From Buchnera aphidicola (Therioaphis trifolii) (GTDB taxonomy: Bacteria; Pseudomonadota; Gammaproteobacteria; Enterobacterales; Enterobacteriaceae), in the NCBI RefSeq assembly GCF_005080705.1, contig NZ_CP032996.1, positions 300,001-332,000 of the forward strand: 32,000 bases of DNA. The letters are read 5' to 3'. A program made the translations under genes and the position numbers. The notes under the pieces are model-generated. The model was not told the DNA's origin. It did not search any database and was given only the letters and a program-made list of their open reading frames with translations. Numbering within the stretch: the first letter of the stretch is position 1; every line of letters starts with the position of its first letter. Positions 1 through 9,609 of this stretch are shown here, piece after piece.

Positions 1-360
1 AGATTCATCAATAATACAAATAAATTTTTTAGATATTGAAGCTATAATTTTTTCTTTAGTTAATGCTCCACCACCACCTTTAATCATTTGCATATTATAG
101 TTAATTTCATCTGCACTATCTATATAAATAATTGGATCAGAAATAGTATTAATTTCAAAAACTTTGATTCCATAATTTTTTAATATTATTGTAGTATGAT
201 ATGAACTAGATACTGCACCAAGAATTTTTTTTTTAGATTTATAAAAAGCTTTAATAAAATATGAAATAGTTGAACCAGTACCAAATCCAATAATAACATT
301 ATCAGGAATATAATCTAATACAGCTAAAGCAACTTTTTTTTTTAACTGATTATAATTCAT
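1..360 (-). CDS. rpiA: Ribose-5-phosphate isomerase A, N-terminal 120 codons (the 3' end of the gene lies beyond the window start)
   Basis: Absent from the ORF track because it is open at the window edge. My reverse-strand translation from the ATG at 360-358 reads MNYNQLKKKVALAVLDYIPDNVIIGFGTGSTISYF...IYIDSADEINYNMQMIKGGGGALTKEKIIASISKKFICIIDES. This is collinear with E. coli RpiA, including the GxGTGST, DGADEI and MIKGGGxALTxEK motifs. Confidence 0.9.
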   Translation of the reverse strand, partial: MNYNQLKKKVALAVLDYIPDNVIIGFGTGSTISYFIKAFYKSKKKILGAVSSSYHTTIILKNYGIKVFEINTISDPIIYIDSADEINYNMQMIKGGGGALTKEKIIASISKKFICIIDES

Positions 361-466
361 ATATAATATAATGATTCAAAAAATATTTTAAATTTAAATT
401 ATATAAATTTAAATAATATAATAAAAAATAAAAAATTTATTATTTTTTTTAATATTTTATAAAAAA

Positions 467-537
467 CTGGGGTACCTGGATTCGAACCAGGGATGCCGGT
501 ATCAAAAACCGGTGCCTTGCCACTTGGCTATACCCCA
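467..537 (-). tRNA. tRNA-Gln (anticodon UUG), no encoded 3' CCA
   Basis: Reverse strand: TGGGGTATAGCCAAGTGGCAAGGCACCGGTTTTTGATACCGGCATCCCTGGTTCGAATCCAGGTACCCCAG. It folds as a cloverleaf with a 7-bp acceptor stem and anticodon stem-loop CCGGT/TTTTGAT/ACCGG. It is near-identical to E. coli tRNA-Gln(UUG). The discriminator G is followed by a T-run, not CCA. Confidence 0.93.
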
Positions 538-546
538 AAATGAAAA

Positions 547-631
547 TACGGGAGGCGAGATTTGAACTCGCAAACCTCTAAAAGGCGTCAGATCCTAAAT
601 CTGGTGCGTCTACCTATTTCGCCACTCCCGT
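547..631 (-). tRNA. tRNA-Leu (anticodon UAG), class II with long variable arm, no encoded CCA
   Basis: Reverse strand: ACGGGAGTGGCGAAATAGGTAGACGCACCAGATTTAGGATCTGACGCCTTTTAGAGGTTTGCGAGTTCAAATCTCGCCTCCCGTA. It is collinear with E. coli leuW (tRNA-Leu UAG). The anticodon loop is TTTAGGA. There is a C27-A43 mismatch at the top of the anticodon stem. Confidence 0.92.
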
Positions 632-635
632 AAAA

Positions 636-709
636 TGGCTACAATGGGAATTGAACCCATAACCTCAGCGTTATGAATGCTGTGCTCTAACCAATTGAGC
701 TATATAGCC
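636..709 (-). tRNA. tRNA-Met, elongator type (anticodon CAU), no encoded CCA
   Basis: Reverse strand: GGCTATATAGCTCAATTGGTTAGAGCACAGCATTCATAACGCTGAGGTTATGGGTTCAATTCCCATTGTAGCCA. The body resembles E. coli elongator tRNA-Met (metT). The Met-Leu-Gln order next to glnS mirrors the E. coli metT-leuW-glnU cluster. There is an A31-C39 mismatch next to the anticodon loop. A lysidine-modified tRNA-Ile2 cannot be strictly excluded from sequence alone. Confidence 0.8.
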
Positions 710-718
710 TTATTTGGA

Positions 719-746
719 ATTATACTATTTAATATGATTTTGTCAA
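719..746 (-). promoter_or_regulatory. Candidate sigma-70 promoter of the tRNA-Met/Leu/Gln unit: TTGACA-N16-TATAAT
   Basis: The minus strand reads tttgTTGACAaaatcatattaaatagTATAATtccaaataa, followed by the mature tRNA-Met 5' end at 709. The -35 hexamer is at 746-741 and the -10 at 724-719. Both hexamers match the consensus perfectly. The -35 holds most of the few G/C in the spacer. Confidence 0.55.
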
Positions 747-831
747 CAAATTGTTAAATTAAAAAATAAAATATTAATAAAAAAATTTTAATAAAATATA
801 AAAAAATATTTTTAAAATAAATAAGGTTAAA

Positions 832-2466
832 ATGAAAGAAAATAATAAAGAAAATACTAGTTTTATACATAAAAAAGTTGAAAAATTTTTAAAAAAAAAT
901 AACAATCAAAAATTACGTACTCGTTTTCCTCCAGATCCTAATGGATATTTACATATTGGACATGCAAAATCATTATATATTAATTTTTCTATTGCTAAAA
1001 AATATCATGGAATATGTAATTTAAGATTTGATGATACTAATCCAAATAAAAATCATATTAAATATATTAATGCTATAAAAAAAGACATAATATGGTTGGG
1101 TTTTAAATGGAATAAAAGTATCAAATATACTTCTATGTATTTTAATAAAATTTATCAATATGCATTAATATTAATTAAAAAAAAATTAGCATATGTAGAT
1201 AAATTAAAAAAACATGAAATTCGTAAATATCGAGGAACATTAAATAAACCAGGAATAAATAGTCCTTATAGAAATCAAAGTATTGAAGAAAATCTTATAT
1301 TATTTGAAAATATGAGATTAGGAAATTTTCCAGAAGGAACAGTATGTTTAAGAGCTAAAATAAATATGAAATCTTCATTTATTGTTATGAGAGATCCTGT
1401 ATTATATAGAATAAAATTTATAACACATCATAAAACAAAAAATAAATGGTGTATTTACCCTACATATGATTTTTCACATTGTATATCTGATACTTTAGAA
1501 AAAATTACTCATTCTTTATGTACTTTAGAATTTGAGAATAACAAAAAATTATATAATTGGATATTAAAAAACATTAATATAAAAAATGCTTCTAAACAAT
1601 ATGAATATTCAAGATTAAATTTAGAATATTGTATACTTTCAAAAAGAAAATTAAAATTATTAATTGATAATAAAATTATTAATCATTGGGATGATCCAAG
1701 ATTACATACTATTTCTGGTTTAAGAAGAAGAGGATATACAGCATCATCAATACGAAATTTTTGTAAAAATATAGGAATTACTAAACAGGAAAATTTAATC
1801 GAAATAAAATCATTAGAATCATGTATTCGAAAAGAATTAAATAATTATGCTTATAGAAATATGGCTGTATTAGAACCAATAAAAATCATTATATGTAATA
1901 TTTCGAATGAATATATAGAAAATATAAATATTTTAAATCATCCAAAAAACGAAAAAATGGGATTTCGAAATATTATTTTTACTAATGTTTTATATATAGA
2001 AAAAACAGATTTTCAAGAAAATCCATTAAAAAAATATTATAGATTAACTTTAGGAAAAACAATAAAATTAAAATATTCTTATTTAATTACAGCACATGCA
2101 ATAAAAAAAGATAAAAATAATAATATTATTAAAATTTTTTGTACATGTGAATCAAAAAAAAATAAAAAAAAATATTCTATAATTCACTGGATCTCTAAAA
2201 AGAATGCAATAAAATCTGAATTTAGAATATATAATCCAATATTTAAAATTAAAAATCCAAATATTGAAAAAAATTTATTATCTCATATTAATAATAAATC
2301 TAAAATTAAAAAATATGGATTTATTGAAAAACAAATAAAAAATAATCTTAAAATAAATACATATCAATTTGAAAGAATAGGATATTTTATTATTGATAAA
2401 AAATTATCTAATAATAAAATTATATTCAATCAAATAGTAACATTAAAAGAAAATTGGAATAAATAA
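832..2466 (+). CDS. glnS: Glutaminyl-tRNA synthetase
   Basis: 544-aa ORF with the class I HIGH motif (LHIGHAKS) and a KMSKS-like ILSKRKL. It is collinear with E. coli GlnRS (RFPPDPNGYLHIGH, LRFDDTNP). An AAGG Shine-Dalgarno (SD)-like sequence lies 5 nt upstream of the ATG. Confidence 0.97.
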   Translation: MKENNKENTSFIHKKVEKFLKKNNNQKLRTRFPPDPNGYLHIGHAKSLYINFSIAKKYHGICNLRFDDTNPNKNHIKYINAIKKDIIWLGFKWNKSIKYTSMYFNKIYQYALILIKKKLAYVDKLKKHEIRKYRGTLNKPGINSPYRNQSIEENLILFENMRLGNFPEGTVCLRAKINMKSSFIVMRDPVLYRIKFITHHKTKNKWCIYPTYDFSHCISDTLEKITHSLCTLEFENNKKLYNWILKNINIKNASKQYEYSRLNLEYCILSKRKLKLLIDNKIINHWDDPRLHTISGLRRRGYTASSIRNFCKNIGITKQENLIEIKSLESCIRKELNNYAYRNMAVLEPIKIIICNISNEYIENINILNHPKNEKMGFRNIIFTNVLYIEKTDFQENPLKKYYRLTLGKTIKLKYSYLITAHAIKKDKNNNIIKIFCTCESKKNKKKYSIIHWISKKNAIKSEFRIYNPIFKIKNPNIEKNLLSHINNKSKIKKYGFIEKQIKNNLKINTYQFERIGYFIIDKKLSNNKIIFNQIVTLKENWNK

Positions 2467-2580
2467 AAATTTTTTATAATATAAAATTATATTTTATTAT
2501 TTATAATAAAATAATAATATATTATATTTTAAAATATTATAATATTTATTATAATAAATATTTTATAGGAAATTAAAAAT

Positions 2581-3894
2581 ATGTCTAAAATAAAAAAAAT
2601 TTTTTCTAGAGAAATTATTGATTCTAGAGGAAATCCAACTATTGAAACTGAAGTAACATTAGAAGATAATTCTACTGGTATATTTTCTTGTCCATCAGGA
2701 GCTTCTACAGGTTCAGAAGAAGCGTTAGAATTACGAGATAATGATAAAAAAAGATTTTTAGGAAAGGGTGTTACTAAAGCTGTAAAATTTGTTAATACAT
2801 TAATTTTTAATTCTTTAAAAAATCAAGATGCATATGATCAAAATAATATTGATAATATTATGTTAATGTTAGATGGTACAAAAAATAAAAAGAATTTAGG
2901 TGCAAATTCTATTTTATCAGTATCTATGGCTACAGCAAAAGCATCTTCAAAATCTCAAAATATTCCATTTTATGAATATATTTCAAAATTAAATAATACA
3001 CCAAAACAATTTTCCATGCCTCTTCCTATGATAAATATTTTAAATGGGGGTAGTCATTCAAATAATAATATTGATATACAGGAATTTATGATACAACCTA
3101 TAGGAGCAAAATCTATAAAAGAAGCAATTAGGATAGGTTGTGAAATTTTCCATAATTTAGGAAAAATAATAAAAAATAAAAAATTAAATACTTCTGTTGG
3201 AGATGAAGGTGGATATGCACCAAATTTAAAAAATAATGAATCTGCAATTATATTAATAAAAAAAGCAATTAAAAAATCAAATTATATTTTAGGAAAGGAT
3301 ATTACAATAGCTTTAGATTGTGCTGCATCTGAATTATATAATATAAATACTAAAAAATATTATCTAAAAGGAGAAAATAAAACATTTACTTCTCAAGAAT
3401 TTAGTTATTTTTTAAAAAATTTAACATTAAAATATCCAATTACATCTATTGAAGATGGACAGAGTGAATTAGATTGGGATGGTTTTTTATATCAAACTAA
3501 TTTATTAGGAAATAAAATTCAAATTGTAGGTGATGATTTATTCGTTACAAATACTAATAAATTAATAAAAGGAATTAAAAAAAAAATAGCAAATTCTATT
3601 TTAATTAAATTAAATCAAATTGGAACGTTAACAGAAACATTAAATACAATTAAAATGGCTAAAAATGCAGGATATTCTACAATCATATCACATCGTTCTG
3701 GAGAAACTGAAGATAATTCTATTGCTGATTTAGCTGTTGGAACACAAGCAGGACAAATAAAAACTGGATCAATGAGTCGTTCAGAACGTTTATCAAAATA
3801 TAATCAATTAATTAGAATAGAAGAAAAATTAGGTAATATAATTGCACCATTTAATGGTATACAAGAATTAAAAAAATATAAAAATACTTTTTAA
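2581..3894 (+). CDS. eno: Enolase
   Basis: 437-aa [28 protein letters not shown] and [18 protein letters not shown] are canonical enolase signatures. An AGGA lies upstream of the ATG. Confidence 0.98.
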   Translation: MSKIKKIFSREIIDSRGNPTIETEVTLEDNSTGIFSCPSGASTGSEEALELRDNDKKRFLGKGVTKAVKFVNTLIFNSLKNQDAYDQNNIDNIMLMLDGTKNKKNLGANSILSVSMATAKASSKSQNIPFYEYISKLNNTPKQFSMPLPMINILNGGSHSNNNIDIQEFMIQPIGAKSIKEAIRIGCEIFHNLGKIIKNKKLNTSVGDEGGYAPNLKNNESAIILIKKAIKKSNYILGKDITIALDCAASELYNINTKKYYLKGENKTFTSQEFSYFLKNLTLKYPITSIEDGQSELDWDGFLYQTNLLGNKIQIVGDDLFVTNTNKLIKGIKKKIANSILIKLNQIGTLTETLNTIKMAKNAGYSTIISHRSGETEDNSIADLAVGTQAGQIKTGSMSRSERLSKYNQLIRIEEKLGNIIAPFNGIQELKKYKNTF

Positions 3895-3926
3895 ATATTT
3901 ATATTAAATATTCATAATAAATTTTT

Positions 3927-4808
3927 ATGAAAAAAAAAGTAATTATTTTAATAGATGGAAATTCTTATTTATATAGAGTATATTATGCAAGATTAAAAAA
4001 TACAAATAAAAATATATTATGTTTTCAAGTAATATATAATATACTTTATATATTTAAAAAAATTTTAATTCAATATAAACCAAAAAAATTTATCATTATA
4101 TTTGATAGTAAAAAAAAAAATTTTAGAAATAAAATTTTTAAAAATTATAAAAATAATAGACCTAAAATGCCTGATATATTAAAAAAAATATCATTAAAAA
4201 TAAAAAATATATTATTAAATATTGGCATACCAGTTATAATTATACCTAAATTTGAAGCAGATGATATTATAGGAACAATTTCAAAATTAGCAGAAAAAAA
4301 TGGAGATTATGTATTAATTGGAACATGTGATAAAGATTTAACACAATTAGTTAATAAAAATATTTACATATTAAATAATATAAGTAATACTATTTTAAAT
4401 TCTCAAGATATTTATAAAAAATATGGCGTTAATCCTAATTTAATGATTGATTTTTTATCTTTAATTGGAGATCAATCTGACAATATTCCAGGTGTTTTAG
4501 GAATTGGTAAAAAAACTGCATCAATATTACTAAATAACATTGGATGTATTAAAAATATATATAACAATATTTATAAAATACTGTCTATTAAAATGAAAGG
4601 TCGTAAAAATGTTATTAAAAAATTATATTATGGAAAAAAAATGGCATTTTTATCATATAAATTAGCAAAAATTAAAATTGATGTAAAATTAAATGTAAAA
4701 TATAAAACATTAAATTTACATTCATTATTTTATCCTTGTACATATGATAATTATAAATATATTAATATTATATATGATATTAAAAATATTATTTTTAATA
4801 ATATTTAA
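3927..4808 (+). CDS. polA: 5'-3' exonuclease (PolA N-terminal 5' nuclease domain only; no Klenow-fragment portion)
   Basis: The 293-aa ORF is collinear with E. coli PolA residues about 1-270 (LIDGNSYLYRVYYA, FEADDIIGT, GDQSDNIPGVLGIGKKTA, AFLSYKLAKIKIDV). It then ends, and the next gene (engB) stops only 14 nt away. Confidence 0.9.
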   Translation: MKKKVIILIDGNSYLYRVYYARLKNTNKNILCFQVIYNILYIFKKILIQYKPKKFIIIFDSKKKNFRNKIFKNYKNNRPKMPDILKKISLKIKNILLNIGIPVIIIPKFEADDIIGTISKLAEKNGDYVLIGTCDKDLTQLVNKNIYILNNISNTILNSQDIYKKYGVNPNLMIDFLSLIGDQSDNIPGVLGIGKKTASILLNNIGCIKNIYNNIYKILSIKMKGRKNVIKKLYYGKKMAFLSYKLAKIKIDVKLNVKYKTLNLHSLFYPCTYDNYKYINIIYDIKNIIFNNI

Positions 4809-4822
4809 AAAAATAAAATATT

Positions 4823-5425
4823 TTATACATATTGATGATAATCACAATTAATAATATCTAAAACATTTTTTATTCCAATATTTTTAATAGAAGAAATTAA
4901 AATAATATTAATATTTTTAAAATTATATAATATATTTTTTTTTAAAAAATTTAATTGTTTTATTCGATTTGAAAATTTTAATTTATCACATTTTGTTAAT
5001 AAAATAGTAATATTAATACATTTTTTTTTAGCATAATTTAATATTTTTATATCTTCTAATCTTAATAATCTTCTAATATCTATTAATAATAATATACGTT
5101 TTAAACAAATACGAAATTTTAAATAATTAAAAATTAAAGTATGATTTTTTGTTTTATTATTATATATTTTAGAATATCCATAACCAGGTAAATCAACTAA
5201 TCTTAATTTTTCATGAATTTTAAAAAAATTAATCATATTAGTACGACCAGGTAATCTACTAAATCTAGATAATTTTTTATTATTACCTAAACAATTTATT
5301 AATGTAGATTTTCCACAATTAGAATAACCAAATAATGCAATTTCTATACCATATTGTTCAATATGCATACATTTAAAATTAGTTGAACTAGTTAAAAATG
5401 TCATATTATTGTAATTTAAATTCAT
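4823..5425 (-). CDS. engB: Ribosome-biogenesis GTPase EngB/YihA
   Basis: 200-aa ORF with G1 GYSNCGKST, the G3 motif DLPGYGY and G4 TKCDK. It neighbours polA, as in E. coli. Confidence 0.93.
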   Translation of the reverse strand: MNLNYNNMTFLTSSTNFKCMHIEQYGIEIALFGYSNCGKSTLINCLGNNKKLSRFSRLPGRTNMINFFKIHEKLRLVDLPGYGYSKIYNNKTKNHTLIFNYLKFRICLKRILLLIDIRRLLRLEDIKILNYAKKKCINITILLTKCDKLKFSNRIKQLNFLKKNILYNFKNINIILISSIKNIGIKNVLDIINCDYHQYV

Positions 5426-5548
5426 AAATTATCTCATAATAATTATTATATTATTAATATAATATAAAAAAATTAAAATAATATTACAATATAATATATT
5501 ATTATATTATTTATTTATATAATATTTTTCATTTAAAATAGGATAAAA

Positions 5549-7381
5549 ATGATTAAAAATCTTAGAAATATAGCCATTATTGCACATATCGATCATGGTA
5601 AAACTACTTTATTAGATAAATTATTAGAACAATCAGGATCTTTAAAACAATATAAAGAACAATGTAATAGAATAATGGATTCAAATACTTTAGAAAAAGA
5701 AAGAGGAATAACAATTTTTTCTAAAAATACAGCTATTGAATGGAATAATTATAGAATCAATATTATTGATACTCCTGGACATGCAGATTTTGGAGGAGAA
5801 GTTGAACGTATATTATCTATGGTTGATTCTGTATTATTAGTAGTAGATGCAGTAGATGGTCCGATGCCTCAAACGAGATTTGTAACAAAAAAAGCATTTG
5901 AATATAATATTAATCCAATTATTGTTATTAATAAAATTGATCGAAAATATTCTCGTCCTGATTGGGTAATAGAAAAAATTTTTGATTTATTTATTAATTT
6001 AAATGCTACAGATAAACAATTAGATTTTCCAATTATTTATACATCAGCAATATTTGGAAAATCAGGATTACATTTAAATAAAATTAAAAATGACATGTCT
6101 GAATTATTTAAAGCAATTATTAAATATACACCCATACCTAAAGTTAATTTAATGGGAAATTTGCAAATACAAATTTCACAATTAGATTATGATAATTATT
6201 TAGGAATTATAGGAATTGGAAAAATTCAATCAGGATCTATTAAAATAAATCAAAAAGTATCTATTATTAATAAAAAAGGAAAAATTAAAAATGGTAAAAT
6301 AGGAAAAATTTTAAAATATCTTGGTTTAAAAAAAATTGAAATACAAAATGCATCTGCAGGTGAAATTATTGCAATTACAGGATTAAATAATTTAAAAATT
6401 TCTGATACAATTTGTGATACTAAACATATTCAACCATTACCTCCAGTTTATATTGAACCTCCAACAGTAAATATGTTATTTTCAGTTAATACTTCTCCAT
6501 TTTGTGGTCAAGAAGGACAATATTTAACATCTAATCAAATTTATAATAGATTAAAAAAAGAAACTATGCATGATGTTGCATTAAAAATCCAAGAAACTAA
6601 AGATTCTAATACTTTTTCTGTATCAGGTCGAGGAGAATTGCATTTATCTATATTAATTGAAAATATGAGAAGAGAAGGATTCGAATTAGAATTATCTCGT
6701 CCTAAAGTAATTTTTAAAGAAAAAAATAATATTAAAACTGAACCATTTGAAAATGTAATTATTGATATTGAAAATCGTCATCAGGGTATAATTATGGAAT
6801 GTATGGGAGAAAAAAAAGCTAAAATGATTAATATGATTCAAAATTCTAATGAAAGATTACAATTAGAATATATTACATCAAGTCGATCTCTTATTGGATT
6901 TCGAAATCAATTTATGAATATAACATCAGGAACGGGAATATTTTATTCTTCCTTTGTTAAATATTCAAAAGTAAAAACAATTAAAATTAATCAAAGAAAT
7001 AATGGAGTTTTAATATCAAATGCAACAGGATTAACAACAGGATTTGCATTATTTAATTTACAAGAAAGAGGGAAATTATTTTTTGGGCATGCTCAAAAAG
7101 TGTATAAAGGACAAATTATTGGCATACATAACCGTTTAAATGATTTAACCGTTAATTGTTTAACAGGAAAAAAATTAACTAATATGAGAGCATCAGGAAC
7201 TGATGAAGCAATTAATTTGACTCCTCCAATCAATATGACTTTAGAAAAATCATTAGGATTTATTAATGATGATGAATTAGTTGAAGTCACTCCAAAAAGT
7301 ATCCGTATAAGAAAAAAATTTTTAAATGAAAATGATAGAAGAGTAGCATATCGAAAATTAGAAAAAAAATACAAACAATAA
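5549..7381 (+). CDS. typA: Translational GTPase TypA/BipA
   Basis: The 610-aa ORF is nearly collinear with E. coli BipA ([50 protein letters not shown]). An AGGA lies upstream. Confidence 0.97.
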   Translation: MIKNLRNIAIIAHIDHGKTTLLDKLLEQSGSLKQYKEQCNRIMDSNTLEKERGITIFSKNTAIEWNNYRINIIDTPGHADFGGEVERILSMVDSVLLVVDAVDGPMPQTRFVTKKAFEYNINPIIVINKIDRKYSRPDWVIEKIFDLFINLNATDKQLDFPIIYTSAIFGKSGLHLNKIKNDMSELFKAIIKYTPIPKVNLMGNLQIQISQLDYDNYLGIIGIGKIQSGSIKINQKVSIINKKGKIKNGKIGKILKYLGLKKIEIQNASAGEIIAITGLNNLKISDTICDTKHIQPLPPVYIEPPTVNMLFSVNTSPFCGQEGQYLTSNQIYNRLKKETMHDVALKIQETKDSNTFSVSGRGELHLSILIENMRREGFELELSRPKVIFKEKNNIKTEPFENVIIDIENRHQGIIMECMGEKKAKMINMIQNSNERLQLEYITSSRSLIGFRNQFMNITSGTGIFYSSFVKYSKVKTIKINQRNNGVLISNATGLTTGFALFNLQERGKLFFGHAQKVYKGQIIGIHNRLNDLTVNCLTGKKLTNMRASGTDEAINLTPPINMTLEKSLGFINDDELVEVTPKSIRIRKKFLNENDRRVAYRKLEKKYKQ

Positions 7382-7418
7382 TTTTTATTCATATAGTAAA
7401 ATATATTTTTTTAAAAAA

Positions 7419-8375
7419 TTAATAATTATATTTAAACATAGAAAATTTACTATTTATATCAGTAGTAATACGAAATGAATTACCATTAAGTTTTTTTTTA
7501 TATAAAACACATTGTATTAAAAATAAATTATCTTTAATATGTAATGAATATATAATATTACCAACTTTTTTCCAAAAATAACCATCATAAATTTCTATAA
7601 AAGAAAAAATATTAATTTTAAAATTTGTAGTACCAATTAAACAATATAATCTTTTATGAATTAAATTTCTAAAATGTATTTTAGAAATCATTTCTTGACC
7701 ACAATAACATCCTTTTTTAAAATTAATACCTTCCAATAAATCTAAATTTATTTCTTGAGGAAAAAATTTATTAAATACTTCATATTCTAATATTGGTATT
7801 CCTGATTTTATATGTAAATATGACCAGGCATTTTTTAAATTTAAAATATTTTTTTTTAATAAAAATAATTTTATTTCTTCTAATTTTTTTTTTTTTAATA
7901 TTAATAAAAATCGTTCATTAGAACCACCAAACCATAATATAATTATATTTTTATCAAAAATAATTGATTCTTTACTATGTGGAAGATTACAAAAATATAA
8001 AGATAATATTGTTCTAACATATTTTCCAAATATTCCCAATAAAAAATAATTATTATCTTCTTCAATTGTAACATTTGAAAAAACTGAATATTTTTTTAAT
8101 GCATTCATTTGAATTTTACAAATACTTTTTCTTTGAATATATGCATATCCATTTTTATAATTAAATAATTGTAATACACTTTGAACTTTACCATGAGAAT
8201 TACAATTTGCACATAACATATGTTTTTTATTATTTAAATTCAAAATATCGATAGTAATATGAGATTGAAGATATTGAGTACTATCCAATCCAAAAACTTT
8301 TATTAAAGACCATTTTTTTAAAATTTCAAAAAAACATTTATTTTTTAACAATTTATCAAAATATATTTTTTTCAT
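7419..8375 (-). CDS. ygfZ: Folate-binding tRNA-modification/Fe-S protein YgfZ
   Basis: 318-aa ORF carrying the YgfZ signature KGCYCGQE near the C-terminal third. Its length matches E. coli YgfZ. It is divergent from prfB-lysS, the same chromosomal neighbourhood as in E. coli. Confidence 0.85.
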   Translation of the reverse strand: MKKIYFDKLLKNKCFFEILKKWSLIKVFGLDSTQYLQSHITIDILNLNNKKHMLCANCNSHGKVQSVLQLFNYKNGYAYIQRKSICKIQMNALKKYSVFSNVTIEEDNNYFLLGIFGKYVRTILSLYFCNLPHSKESIIFDKNIIILWFGGSNERFLLILKKKKLEEIKLFLLKKNILNLKNAWSYLHIKSGIPILEYEVFNKFFPQEINLDLLEGINFKKGCYCGQEMISKIHFRNLIHKRLYCLIGTTNFKINIFSFIEIYDGYFWKKVGNIIYSLHIKDNLFLIQCVLYKKKLNGNSFRITTDINSKFSMFKYNY

Positions 8376-8515
8376 AATAAATAATACTAAAATTTTTTAA
8401 AAAATTAAATTTTATTTAATAATTATTATATAAAATTTATTATTTTAATAATATAAAATATTAATAAATTATTATTTTAAATTAAAATTTTTAAAAAAAA
8501 TAGGGTTAAATATTT

Positions 8516-9598
8516 ATGATAATTAATATATATAATGAAAAAATTAATAAAATAATAAAAAAAATAAAAAAAATAAAAAATAAAATAAATCTTCAACATA
8601 AAAAATATTATAATAAAAAAAATTTTTTAAAAAATAATATAAATAATAATATTAATATTCAAAAAAATAAAAAAAAAATATTTAAAATAAAAAAAATTAT
8701 AGAAAAAATAAATATTATAAAAAATAAAATATATGAAATTCAAGAATTATTAAAATTATCTATTATAGAAAATGATCATAGTATTTTAAATGATATCAAA
8801 ATAGAATTAAAAAACATAAAAAAAAATATTAAAAAAATAATAAATAATAATCATTTTAAAAAAAAATATGATAATTGTAATTGTTATATTGATATACAAT
8901 CTGGTTCTGGAGGAATAGATGCACAAGATTGGTCAAAAATGTTATTACGAATGTATTTAAAATGGTTAGAAAAAAAAGGATTTAAAACAATAATTATTCA
9001 AAAATTATCTGGAGAAATAGCAGGTATTAAATCAGCTACTGTTCATGTTATTGGAAAATATGCATTTGGATGGTTAAGAACTGAAACTGGAATTCATAGA
9101 TTAATTAGAAAAAGTCCATTTGATTCAGGACATCGACGTCATACATCTTTTAGTTCTGCTTTTGTGTATCCAGAAATTGATAATGCAATAAAAATAAAAA
9201 TTAATCCATCTGATCTTAGAATTGATGTATATCGCTCTTCGGGGGCAGGAGGGCAACATGTTAATAGAACAGAATCAGCAGTAAGAATTACACATTTACC
9301 AACATCTACAGTTACTCAATGTCAAAATGAACGTTCTCAACATAAAAATAAAGAACATGCTTTAAAACAAATGAAATATAAATTATATAATTTAGAATTA
9401 AAAAAAAAAAATCAAGAAAAAAAAAATATTGAAAATAATAAATCATCTATTAGATGGGGTAATCAAATTAGATCATATATTTTAGATCATTCTCGTATAA
9501 AAGATATAAGAACAGGAATTGAAACAAGAGATATTCAATCAGTTTTAAATGGTAATTTAGATATTTTTGTTGAATCAAGTTTAAAAATAGGATTATAA
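8516..9598 (+). CDS. prfB: Peptide chain release factor 2, encoded as one uninterrupted ORF
   Basis: 360-aa ORF with the SPF tripeptide (KSPFDS), the GGQ motif ([20 protein letters not shown]) and a C-terminal half about 80% identical by eye to E. coli RF2. AGGG lies upstream of the ATG. No in-frame TGA occurs at the position of the E. coli frameshift site. Confidence 0.95.
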   Translation: MIINIYNEKINKIIKKIKKIKNKINLQHKKYYNKKNFLKNNINNNINIQKNKKKIFKIKKIIEKINIIKNKIYEIQELLKLSIIENDHSILNDIKIELKNIKKNIKKIINNNHFKKKYDNCNCYIDIQSGSGGIDAQDWSKMLLRMYLKWLEKKGFKTIIIQKLSGEIAGIKSATVHVIGKYAFGWLRTETGIHRLIRKSPFDSGHRRHTSFSSAFVYPEIDNAIKIKINPSDLRIDVYRSSGAGGQHVNRTESAVRITHLPTSTVTQCQNERSQHKNKEHALKQMKYKLYNLELKKKNQEKKNIENNKSSIRWGNQIRSYILDHSRIKDIRTGIETRDIQSVLNGNLDIFVESSLKIGL

Positions 9599-9609
9599 AA
9601 AATAAAATT

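Noticed and set aside
2541-2562. Perfect 22-nt palindrome aatatttattataataaatatt (overlapping a 16-nt palindrome at 2532-2547) in the glnS-eno spacer; possible operator or terminator
   Set aside because: In DNA made only of A and T, a perfect 22-nt palindrome is expected about once per 2^11 positions. This window contains a comparable amount of A/T-only spacer, so one such hit is expected by chance. An all-A/T hairpin would also be a very weak terminator.
7093-7392. 99-aa ORF on the minus strand overlapping the 3' end of typA
   Set aside because: It is antisense to a strongly conserved region of typA. Its F/L/S-rich composition is simply the mirror of K/E/N-rich coding sequence. It has no SD-like sequence and no recognisable motif.
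8391-8406. 16-nt palindrome aattttttaaaaaatt in the ygfZ/prfB divergent spacer, and a 9-bp A/T inverted repeat at 392-414 downstream of tRNA-Gln
   Set aside because: The same chance expectation applies in two-letter sequence. There are no G/C pairs and no flanking conservation evidence available.
8516-8880. Highly repetitive A-rich stretch (aaaaaataaaaaaaataaaaaataaaataaa...) that looks like a tandem or spacer-repeat array
   Set aside because: It is in frame and aligns positionally with RF2 domain 1. There is no fixed repeat unit or regular spacer. It is low-complexity K/N/I coding sequence, not a CRISPR or tandem repeat.
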